Positions 42,348-53,300 of a stretch of 64,000 nucleotides of DNA are shown here, one piece after another. A model generated the notes under the pieces. The model saw nothing but the letters and a program-made list of their open reading frames with translations, was not told the DNA's origin and made no database searches. This DNA is from Pseudovirgaria hyperparasitica. Taxonomy: Eukaryota. Each line of letters begins with the position of its first letter. Position 1 is the first letter of the stretch. The DNA is taken from assembly GCA_010093815.1 (NCBI GenBank), contig ML996571.1. One strand, given 5' to 3'. A program made the position numbers and the translations under genes.

Positions 42348-43350
42348 TTACGATAGTTTCATAGAATGTAAGTATTCGTAGTCGGGCCACGACTCATTGA
42401 CTCTGCTTGCAAGCTGTGCAGCTCTCTCTGGACCGAAGGTCTTCTTCCAATCGAGCTCTCTGTCTTCGAGTGTCACGCCGAAGGACGTCTTACTGCGATC
42501 AATACCAACTGAATCTGAGATACTCTGAAGAAATCGCTTGAATCGCTCATTAGACAAGAATTTTTCAGGCGTCGGGCTGGCTTCCCAAGCCCAAAGAAGC
42601 TGTTCCTTATCCATGCCAACAATATCGCAAAGCTTCCCGATCACTTCTGGATGCTCGATGACGTCGTCCGCGTCCACAACGATTGGTGTAGTCGAAGCGG
42701 TAGCGTGATTCTTGTACCAATCGAAAATATGTCTTTGGAATCTGAGCGTCGTATAGATCTTCGCGTACTGAGACTCGAGGTCTGGATACGGCTCTCCCTC
42801 CGCCATGAGCCAGCTCTCGAATACCAGAATCGGACTGCGAATCAAGAACAGGGGACGCCAGGACAGCATGAGCTCATCAGAGAATATAGTTGGGTTAGAT
42901 TTTGCTTCTGAATTGATAAGCCCATTCATTCCGTTCACGATGGCGCTTGATCTGGTTGGTGATACACATTCGTCGCCGTATGCTACTTCTACTGGTGTGA
43001 CAAGATGTGCGTGGTCCTTCAGCAGCAAGTGACGGTGCTATACATATCGCTCAGAATATAGGCTTTCTTTTCGGTCATAGGGGTCCTCTTACGTCGCGTA
43101 AAGAATCCCGGACAAAAGTGTGCAAGTGGTTGTGGCCATGATTGATGAGCTTAGTATGCTCAGCCCATGTTGCCCTGGACACCTTCTCTAATGCTATTCC
43201 ATCGAAAGTGTCTCGGGTGTACTGGTGTGCATCAAAGAATATATAGTCCGATATGTTCCAATCTGGCTGCTTAGAGAGGATTCGTGTCAACAAATTCGAC
43301 GCTGTTCTCGGATGGCTGAATAAAAAAACTCGTTTTTGATCCCAAGTCAT
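42348..43350 (-). CDS. Sulfotransferase-like P-loop fold protein
   Basis: N-terminal FLFSHPRTASNLL (5'-phosphosulfate-loop-like), LKDH, LFLIRSPILVFES, PIVVDADD. Intron 43038-43092 joins ORFs 43075..43350 and 42348..43028. Confidence 0.8.
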
Positions 43351-44150
43351 TTCTGAGTATTTTCACACCTTCCACTCATTCGTTGAAAGTATCGATGGTA
43401 CCCAAGAGAAAATATAACAAGGTTATTCCTATGCCAGAACCCTTAGTACTATTTATTTCGTATGCATATGAGAACATCTTTGACTCCTGAAGGCAATCGA
43501 GCTGCACAATCCCTTCTTGGCAAATAATAATCGGCAGGTCCCGAATCCTTCGATCTCAGCTGACACTAGCCAATGAAGGCGCTCGTATCTGCAGCTAAAG
43601 CACGACGATCTGCTGAGAGGCAAATGCTGATTGGACACACTAATGTCAGTGGCTATCACTACTTGCAGTAGCGTGGCAATCTAGACGAAATAGGGACTAA
43701 TCGATACCACTGCAACTCATCGCAAAATCAAAAGAAATGTAGGGACGGCGTGATCAGGAAAAAGACACGCTCCGATTTCCGGGATTTGTGTATTGCCATG
43801 ATTGCGCTTGTTACGCACAATCGACAGTTTGCGAAATTATGAGTTGCACAATTACGAAGGCGATTCCCACGGTTATTCAAGTTGAATTTCGAGGAACATC
43901 ACACGATATACTAGTAGATTTATTTCTTTGACTCATTTCAGCCAAAGCGCATGCCACCAGTTCACAAACCTCTGACATCATGGTGTATACATGGTTCGAA
44001 GCTTGTGCGATTAGTTTTAATCCTCACCTTCACCATGTGGACCTGTGCTCTTAAGATCAAAGCTAGCTATCTGTTCTCCACCAGATCATCGCGAGTCCTG
44101 TCAACGACTGTCCTTCCTTCACCCTCGCCGCACGTCCACAGTGGTTCACA

Positions 44151-45320
44151 ATGAGAATTCGCGCGTCTCATCCAGTTCTTCTCACTCCAGGCCCCATCGA
44201 GACCGACGATGATGTCCTTCTGGCCATGCAACACTACTCCGAGAGTCACGTTGGACAACCTTTCGTTGAGATATTTGGTGAAACGCTGACCATGCTGCGA
44301 AAAGTCCTACAGACCACCGATCCGGGAAGCCAACCGTTCATAATCAGTGGATCTGGAAGTTTAGGATTCGATCAGGTAGCCACCAACGTCCTCGGACCGA
44401 AGGATAACGTTCTCGTGTTGAACGTCGGATATTGGGGCGATTCGTTTGTGGAATGCCTTCGTATGTATGAGGTTGAGGTTGATGAGATCAAAGCGCCGCT
44501 TGGCTGTCAACCCGGGCTTTGGGAGATCGCAGCGAGGTTGAGGAAACGGAACTATAAGGCTATCACCATCACTCATGTGGATACAGCCACTGGGGTTCTC
44601 TGCGATATACAATCGATAGCAGCACTCGTCCGCAGCATTTCTCCAGACACCCTAATCATCGTAGATGGTGTTTGTAGTATTGGTAGCGAGGATCTGAGGT
44701 TCGATGCGTGGGGTTTGGACGTCGTGATCGGCGCTTCTCAGAAAGCGCTGGGAGCACCCGCAGGCTTGTCTATATCCATGGTATCTAAAAGAGTTATACA
44801 AGCGCTCGAAGGTGGCAGGTTGAAATCGAGAAGCTTCTATTGCTCCTGGAGTAGATGGCTGCCTATTATGCGAAATTATGAGGCGAAGAAGCCGTCTTAC
44901 TTTGCCACTCCACCATCTCAACTGGTTCGTGCGTTGCACGTTTCTCTAAGCCAGATCACGTCTCACTCCATTCAAGAGCGCCTTCAACAGCACAGGAGGG
45001 CTTCAGAGATTGTGAAGAATGCAATCAGTACCTTGGGACTGAGTCAAGTGGCGCACAATCCGACAGACCAGGCCCACGGTATGACAGCCTTCTATCTACC
45101 TATAGGTCTTGAAGCGGAGCAAATTCTACCAAAACTTGCTCGAAGGGGAGCTATACTGGCTCGTGGACCTCAGGCGGAAATTGCTGGACAATATATCCGA
45201 TTTGCACATATGGGGGTGTCAGTGGTAGATCCCAGACGAAGAGATATAGAGATCGGGATTGAGGCATTGAACGATACCATTCGCGAACTGCGATCTACGC
45301 TGAAAATTAGTTCGACTTGA
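44151..45320 (+). CDS. Class V PLP aminotransferase, alanine-glyoxylate aminotransferase-like
   Basis: LLTPGP, ISGSGSLGFD, THVDTATGV, IVDGVCS, ASQKALGAPAG (PLP Lys), YFATP, IRFAHMG. Single exon, 389 aa. Confidence 0.92.
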   Translation: MRIRASHPVLLTPGPIETDDDVLLAMQHYSESHVGQPFVEIFGETLTMLRKVLQTTDPGSQPFIISGSGSLGFDQVATNVLGPKDNVLVLNVGYWGDSFVECLRMYEVEVDEIKAPLGCQPGLWEIAARLRKRNYKAITITHVDTATGVLCDIQSIAALVRSISPDTLIIVDGVCSIGSEDLRFDAWGLDVVIGASQKALGAPAGLSISMVSKRVIQALEGGRLKSRSFYCSWSRWLPIMRNYEAKKPSYFATPPSQLVRALHVSLSQITSHSIQERLQQHRRASEIVKNAISTLGLSQVAHNPTDQAHGMTAFYLPIGLEAEQILPKLARRGAILARGPQAEIAGQYIRFAHMGVSVVDPRRRDIEIGIEALNDTIRELRSTLKISST

Positions 45321-45550
45321 GGAAAATGCTTTCATTCTACCTCTAGTAGAAACAATGTGGAGCAGACCTCCGAGCCGCAACGCAGCCAGGACCGACCGTG
45401 TGTCTACTTAACGTATATTTGGTGTTCACGGGTCTCCGAAACTGAACAGCTGAACGTGGATGCGGTCGAACACTTACAGTACCCACAACGATATCCTCCA
45501 TTGTACCTTTCGAACCAGGAGAAAGCCGCCAATCTTAGCTCTGCAGCGAT

Positions 45551-46936
45551 TCAAATAGTATGCCCTTGAGAGAGTGCGACGCAAAATATCACCTGGGACA
45601 AGCGTGTCTGCCAATTCCAAGGCTCAGCTCTCTTCGGGTAATGGAGATATACTGGAGCACAAATCAGTTCCGTAACAGCTGGCAGAGGAGCAAAGCTTAC
45701 TAGCAACTCTAGTATCATTACCGCAGCACGTCGCTTCGACCAAGGTCTCAACTCGTGAAACTCGTGAAGAGCCTCATAGTTGCTTTCCGCTACATTCTGC
45801 GAACGATTTGATCTTGATATGGGTACCGTCTGGTAGAAGTAGACCAGTTCCGAGATGCATATCAGCTTGACACCGACAACCTCCTGACGCAAGAAGCATA
45901 GAGTATAGGCGCCATCCATCTTTCAGTACACTGTCAAATTTCTGCACGTGGACCAAGCTGCGTTTTTCGTAGCACTGTGAAGCTATAGTGCCAAGCACAG
46001 AGTCATTTTCATCTCGCAGCTCTTTCATTGGATTATGGTGGAACGCTATGTCAAGCATCAATGCGTTCGCTAAGGCGTGAGTTGTTGCGCCTGAGATCGA
46101 GAGCAGTTTTTGGGCAACTTGTTCCTCCTTTTCCACGGTCTACAGCAGGGAACTGATCGATTCTTCGCTCGCCGAGACTTTCTTGCTGATATTTTTCATC
46201 TTGAGTCTGTGGTTTATCGGTACTATGCGCTGTTAACATTCGTATACTTGCCTCTTCTGTCAACCAATCTTGTAGCCTCGATACTGCTCGAAGGGCCTAT
46301 GCCAGCTTTTATGGTCACGAGTCATTGCTGCTCACACGACCCAATCGAGGGTAAATGCTGCACAAAGTTTGATCCACTCGTCATAGAGGACTTCAAGTCT
46401 CTTGAGAACCTGTCCGGTGAAACGAGACATGAGCTTGATTGTGTTTCTCTGCGGCGGCACGAGCCATGATGCATTTGTAGCGTTGGTTGGGATGCACGAT
46501 GCTGTGGCTGGTCAAACTTCGCCGTCTATACTCTGGACAGCTTTGTCGATCTGGCGAGTGACATACTAGCTTACAGATGCAGCTGCAACCAGTACGTAAC
46601 TACCATCTTCGCATATCGTAAATGGGACTGAACGCAATGTCTTCTTCCACAGAGACCCCTGTCATCGTCAACATCTTTCACTTCTTTGTATAGCGTTGGT
46701 GGAAGGACCACTGCGGTGAGACGATCTGTGCCCCTACAAGTTGGGCATCCGAGATACTTTGAGCTGTCAGTTTGGTCGCAGAGACAATTGACTGGAAACG
46801 CACCTTTCGCACCACCTTCCAAGTAGCCTTTCTCGTTCTTATTGCAGGCCCCGCTTGCCAAAGTAAGGAATATATCTGGACGCAACTTGACGACCACAAT
46901 ACCACAGTACGTTCTAGACCCTACCAGCACATGCAA
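45551..46936 (-). pseudogene. Possible decayed gene relic
   Basis: Chain of 70-120 aa minus-strand ORF fragments broken by stops and frameshifts, with protein-like stretches (KMKNISKKVSASEESISSLL*TVEKEEQVAQKLL..). No family recognised. Confidence 0.3.
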
Positions 46937-47633
46937 GCATTAAAATGAGAATAGCGACGCTAGTGAATACAGTGATGAAGAGGGTACACTCAAGTTTTCT
47001 GGTTTGAAGCTGTATTGTCAAACAATGAGTTTTAGAGTCAGCACAGCTAGGCCAGCTGTTTGATACATTTGGGTGGTTCGATAATATACTCAGCCGTAAG
47101 GCTGTGTGTGCCACGCTCACTATTGAAAATTGGAGAGACGGGAAGTGCCTGTCGTTCAGATGACTGCTATTTACGCTAACCAAACCTATCATCAGGAAAC
47201 ATATAAGCAATCGTGACGATGATAGGCCTTCATAGACTGTTTAAGACCGGGATAGTGTGCACATAAGCCGTCATATGTTCAAGTGATCTGATGAATAATC
47301 AAATATTTGTATAGTGATTCAAGCTAATAATTAGATTGAAAAATGATCGAGCTAGCATCGGGGCCAACTAAGCCAAGAATGGGGGAGATCCTCTATACGA
47401 ACGAGCTAGATTCTCCCCGTAATCGTAAATTACTAGTACTTCTAAATGTTCTCAAGGGAGAAAAGTTTTACACATTTTCGCATTCATGTCAGGCCATCTC
47501 ACGTCTTGGCATAAATTGCAAACCTATAGTCCAACGTAACAGAGGGATACAAGAACATATATAATAGAGGAAAGGGGCGCTATCATGGAGTGTTTAGCAG
47601 TGATATTCGTCGCGCCGTTTCTATATCTTCAAT

Positions 47634-48614
47634 ATGAGTATCACGCCCAAGACGAAAGCTATGACTACCAGAGAAAGGAAGCTTAAGGGTCCATCTTCAA
47701 AGACGTACTCAGCCTTGGGACCCTACCTTCAGCTCATGCGTGTCGACAAACCAGCTGGCTTGTACGCAATCTACCTCCCATTCGTCTACGGCCTCTTGCA
47801 TGGTGCAACAATATCACATCCGCAGCAGGCTCCGTCCCCCCTGCGTGTCGTCTTCCTTGCTCTTGTCTTTCTCGTTGGGAGCATATTGTCGCGCGCCGCA
47901 GCTTGCACATGGAATGACTATGTCGACCAAGACTTCGATCGACTTGTGGCACGAACACGTAAACGGCCCATTGCCCGCGGCGCAGTGTCCAACACCCAGG
48001 CTCTTCTCTTCATGGCAGCGAGCGCCATAGTTGCGGTCACGTTACTGATGCTCTTGGCTCCTGCTGCTCGTATATACGCGTTGCCAATTACAGTCCTGTC
48101 GACGCTGTACCCGTTTGCCAAACGGTTTACAAATTATCCACAACTGGTTCTTGGCTTCCCCTTTGCACTGGCCGTGCCTATGGCAAGCAGTGCTGCGGGC
48201 AACATCGACTATGGCAAGCTGCATTGGTTTGCCGGTGAAACCTTGTCGATGGTCTCTTTCTTCACCGCGATCATCGTTTGGACCATATTGTACGACACGA
48301 TTTACGCATTTCAGGATTTGAAAGATGACGTCAAGGCAGGGGTCAAGTCGACCGCCGTACGCTTCTCGGCCAGGCCAAAGATTATGCTGTCGATTTTAGG
48401 AACAATTCAGGTCTGCCTACTCTTCATGGCAGGCTATTATGCTCAGTATAACCTTGGATATTATCTCACCACATGTGCTGGTTGCGCGATTGGTCTGGCT
48501 TGGATGATCTATCGAGTAGACCTGGGTAGTCCGGAAAGCTGTGGGTCCTGGTTCAAAGCAAATTTCTGGATTGTAGGATGTCCATTGGGTGCAGGACTGT
48601 TACTTACTTACTAA
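47634..48614 (+). CDS. UbiA-family aromatic (4-hydroxybenzoate-type) prenyltransferase
   Basis: YLQLMRVDKP, CTWNDYVDQDFDRLVARTRKRPIARG (NDxxDxxxD), YPFAKRFT, YDTIYAFQDLKDD; multiple TM helices; single exon. Confidence 0.95.
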   Translation: MSITPKTKAMTTRERKLKGPSSKTYSALGPYLQLMRVDKPAGLYAIYLPFVYGLLHGATISHPQQAPSPLRVVFLALVFLVGSILSRAAACTWNDYVDQDFDRLVARTRKRPIARGAVSNTQALLFMAASAIVAVTLLMLLAPAARIYALPITVLSTLYPFAKRFTNYPQLVLGFPFALAVPMASSAAGNIDYGKLHWFAGETLSMVSFFTAIIVWTILYDTIYAFQDLKDDVKAGVKSTAVRFSARPKIMLSILGTIQVCLLFMAGYYAQYNLGYYLTTCAGCAIGLAWMIYRVDLGSPESCGSWFKANFWIVGCPLGAGLLLTY

Positions 48615-49850
48615 GAAGATCTTTTCCTGGGGTAAGGGGATGTGATTGATTGGGCTGGTGCATTTAATCTCACGCTACTGTATAATGTTGAATGAAGTTG
48701 TTGTATTGAGTAAAGAGATGAGTCTGTAAAAACCGGTTTTAAGTACGCAGCACTAAGTACTAGTGTGCCTTAAGAGAGTAGCTCTTTCCACATATCATAT
48801 AGCTAATACGTAATTGAACAAGACTATCAGGGTCTCCGACGTTGAATCTGCACCGGTAGCGGGCAATGATCTTTCACTACTAACATGCCCTGCTACTTTC
48901 TTGAACTTCAACCTTCATTACTCACATAGACATTCTGTTACCACTGTGATATCAGTTTTTCTATTTAACTCGCAATTCTTTCGCATGTCCTTGGTCGGCA
49001 ACATAGCTTCATCGTACTTGCTACTGTGGTAATATTCGCTGGTTGGAGTTATACTCGCTGGCTATAGTGATCTTCGTTATAATTCTACGATTCTACTTTT
49101 TTCACTTCACATACAACATAATCTTCCCAGCTGTAGTCTAACCAGTCCCTCCCCCTTGATTCCCGAGCTAACATACACTTCGTCAAGTCTGGACGTCATG
49201 TTGGTATCTACCAAACAAAACAAACACCATCATGCAACCCCCTCCTTCTCTAGCCAGATCTATAAATACACCTGCTTAGATACATACACCAGAAATACCC
49301 GGCCATAGCCCGTAACCCATCATCACAACCTCGATCACAATAAGCCTCCACAACACTAAGCTTCTACTACAACGACCCAACCCCACTCTTTGAGCAGCAT
49401 GTAACAGGAACAACAGACAAGCAGAGGTACATCTACAGCTGCAAGCCTGAAACCCCCAAGCAGACCACATTGCCACTACATATGTAAACCTTACTTACCG
49501 TAATCCAGGAAAATACAATCTGCCCTGCCTTTGTCGATCCCTAATCATGAACAGCCGCAAAGCTAGCCATCTACATGCCACAGAGCATTCCGCTCTCTAC
49601 CAGGCGTGCATATGATTTGATTATTCTAATATGCAGCATACTAGAATAATCAAATCTCATCACGGATTCTACTGTCCATGATGAGCAATATGCTTGCTAT
49701 ACTTCAATCTCTCTCTACACATACATACACTCTCTATATCTAAACCCACACCTCGAATCCCTACTACCCCAAAACACTAAAAACCACCACAACACCTCCT
49801 CGCACCCTATTATAATCACACCATACAACTCGCGCAATCCTCAAATACCC

Positions 49851-50066
49851 ACTCCAACACTCCAACAAAGAACCAATCCAACACTCCAACAAAGAACCAC
49901 TCCAACACTCCAACAAAGAACCACTCCAACAAAGAACCAATTCACCAAAGAACCACTCCAACAAAGAACCAATTCACCAAAGAACCACTCCAACAAAGAA
50001 CCAATTCACCAAAGAACCACTCCAACAAAGAACCAATTCACCAAAGAACCACTCCAACAAAGAACC
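49851..50066. repeat. Minisatellite built from 8-mers (ACTCCAAC, AAAGAACC, AATTCACC)
   Basis: About three 24-bp units are followed by four 32-bp units ACTCCAAC-AAAGAACC-AATTCACC-AAAGAACC and a partial unit. Confidence 0.9.
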
Positions 50067-50309
50067 AAAACTGTAATTTTCCAACACAACATCCGAAACA
50101 AGAACTAAAAAGATAACGAGCCCTCGAACGATCCTTAGAATAGGACAGACGTAGTAGGTACTAGATAATGCTTTACTCATAGATTATATATCTCATGTCT
50201 CATGTCTCACGAGTCCTAGAATTCAATATCTATTGCACTACAACAGGCCATTACGAAGTCACATTCCCACATACTAAAGACTAGGCACTTACTCAATACA
50301 CAGTCACCT

Positions 50310-50333
50310 TATATATATATATATATATATATA
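50310..50333. repeat. (TA)n microsatellite
   Basis: About 12 consecutive TA dinucleotides. Confidence 0.9.
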
Positions 50334-53300
50334 CATGTAATGAGCCGCCCATTAAGCACCAAGCACATAGATAACAAGCAGGACAACATAGTTAATCTCT
50401 CACACGATGATACACACATATAGACTAACACCTACTTACAAAATCAAATCCCTAGATAATAGCGACTATCCATCTACCCGGCAACTATATACTCATATAA
50501 TACCTCTACAACACGACCGAATCTGGCCTCGAACGTATACTCTTCACCACCTACTTCCTACATATAACACGCTGTCCGAACGAACCTTAGAACATACACT
50601 CTTACTACCTTATTCCTTATACACAGATACTATCCGAGCCTTGAACAAGGTGATATATATAGCATACCAGTCCACTACTACTCGTCCATGAGTAAAGAAA
50701 TACATTTCAAAGCCTACCAAGCTAGTGATACTCAGATCTTACTTATAGGGGGTTTGGTACCATCTCTATCCGAGGACATAGGTAACAGCTTTTACTATAT
50801 AATACTGCTTGTCTTACTAGACTATACAACTGCTATTCCTTCAATTCTATAACAGAGCGTCCAAAGTAAAGACATAGATATTAAAGGTATATACAGCATA
50901 AAATTACAAGCCAGCAGCTACTAAAAAGATAAAAAAAAGTAAAGAAAACTCTACATTAATTACTAACAGGGATAAGACCCAATAGAATGATGATACAAGT
51001 ATAAGCACGTACACATACATAATCAAGGTTATTTTTTTAAAGAAAACAAGTCAAGCAAAATCTCCGTCTCCCATCGTCGGTAAAGAGAACGGAACTTGAC
51101 ACCGCCAACCATAATCCCCCCCCCGACCCCCCTTTTTCCTCGCCATCACAACGACTACCGGCAGTGCCGGATGCTCCGGCCCAACTAGCCCATGTACCGA
51201 ACTCGTTTCAGCCTCCCAATTACCCAGAAAATCCTGCATCTGGAGTCTAAAACATTCCCGCAGAAAGGCCTGGACGTCATTCTTTAGAGTGTGTGTGCTC
51301 TCGAACCGACGAATACTTGCAGTAATTATACCAACCCGCGTGCCAGGCCAGTCAGTCAGCGTAGCCTGACATTATTTACCCAAGGCTTACGAAGCGTGAT
51401 GTCTAATTACGTCACACGGTGTTTCCGGCATTTCACCGTCTGAAACGAACGTCTAACCCGGAGGACAGGCTGTATGCAGTAGACGGGGTCAAGTGGCCAG
51501 GAATAGATACTTCCAATAATAACTCCCAGACCGCACCGTACCCGACCATCCGCCTCATCCTACCCGACGTCCACTTCGAAACCACACTTTCCAGTCTCCA
51601 TCTCACGCCCCATATGACTCCTTTCCGGATTTTCAAAAAAAATGCTGTCAGATCGACACAGCGACCTCGATTGCCTCTCACTAGATTGACCGGCCGACTC
51701 ACGCCGTTTCAACAACGTCTTGCCATCGAGACGACGCCTCACGCTCTCTTTCTAGCCCAGTCCACTCAAAACCGGACATCCGCACAAATCTCACCACAAT
51801 CCCAACAAAGGGCTGCGTGTTTGATGCACAACACGCGGCATACATAACCCGCGGACGCGGTTCGTGCGCGACCACATCACATGATGCGCAGAAGCTGCGG
51901 CAATACCATTACCGAGCGGAGAAGGAGGGGGAGGGAGGGGCGAAGAGCGGGCTTATATGATGTAGCTGTTGTATGACCACGCGCACCCGCCGAGTCGGAA
52001 CTCGTCCAGGACACGGACACGGACACGGTCAAGACATCCCAAAGGCACCCGAATCATCAAAAAAAACAAAAGAAAAACAAAAAGACGCGCCTCCTTTTCC
52101 ACCGACCCGGAAACAGCAGCCAGAACACAGTCTCACTGCAGGTAAGGCTATCCCTGCGTCAGGCACGCAGCAGACGTCGACCCCTGAACCATGAAGCTTC
52201 GCAGGTTCGCATCCAGGGCATCGGGATCTGCTCACTTGTCACTACCAGTGATCCCGGCGAGTGCCGTATGTGGCGTAAGACTTACTGATCTAGGCGTTAG
52301 TAGACTGCTTTTAAGGATGTAGGATTGGATAGTTGGGAGGCATGGCATGACATGATCATGCAAGAACCCGAGGGGTTGGGTCGTTGGGATGGTGGCGTAC
52401 ACGTAAAGGATTCGATGCAGCAAGGAAGAGATGGGTATCGTGTATCGCGAGCGGTGTGACCTGTTGGGCACGGTACGGGGTAGGTTGGATATGGATGTCC
52501 GTTAAGGCGATGGCAGACTGTGTGATGCTGGTATTTTTCGGTGTTAAAGAGGAGGATTACTGTGGCTCCTGATAGGGGAGATGAAGATATACTCTAGTCA
52601 TAGAAACTAGCGCTATCGAGATGAATATTCGTGAGGATCTCATCTGAGAATCCTTAGCGTAGATTCGAACGCAAGATTGAAAGTCGGTTGTGAGCATAAT
52701 ATCTGGTGGTATGATATCCACATCTTTCTGGGGCTGTCCAGTCTCAAATATATTGGGATGTGCTGAAATATGCCGAGATAGCGGAACCCAAACTTGCCGT
52801 GGCGCTCCGCGCGACCTCAGGGTCACTCAAGTGATGAAGCGAATTGACTGTGTGGCCATGCCCGCCAAGGTCGATTTGTAGACCCTTTGTAAGCATATAT
52901 CAGCCTCCTGAGTCTCTGTCTGTCCAGGGATAGACGCATCCGGGAACCATATGCGATAAATTACATGGTATCCGTAGAGACCCACATTCCTATCCGGCAC
53001 ATTCTACTCCGCTGCATCAGGACGGAAAGTCTTGTAGAAGTCATATGTAGCTTGCTTGGATAGTGCAATGTGTGTGTTGTGCCTTGGAGGTTTAACGCTA
53101 GGTAGGCTCATACCGACGCTCCCTACCCAAGCTACAGGACGTTGTCAAGCGTGATGGTGTTTGGCCTTCGCAATCATGGACGATGACTAGAGAGAAATCC
53201 CATTCTAGAGAGCCCCTGCCGGGACGTGCTTGATCAGGAACGAAATGTGCAGGTCAAAGGGCCCCGTCTGGGCATGACGTCCGAGTTTGTGTAACGTGAG

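Noticed and set aside
38803..43782. CGGAAATC shared between the decarboxylase upstream region and the divergent promoter
   Set aside because: Only two occurrences seen, and not found upstream of the FMO or UbiA genes; could be chance.
43951..44154. ORF whose stop overlaps the aminotransferase ATG (ATGA)
   Set aside because: No recognisable protein, and I found no phase-compatible splice into the aminotransferase; likely chance.
49851..50066. CRISPR-like repeat/spacer appearance, and the LLECWSGS repeat ORFs on the minus strand
   Set aside because: Eukaryotic context, no unique spacers and no cas genes; the ORFs are by-products of the tandem repeat.
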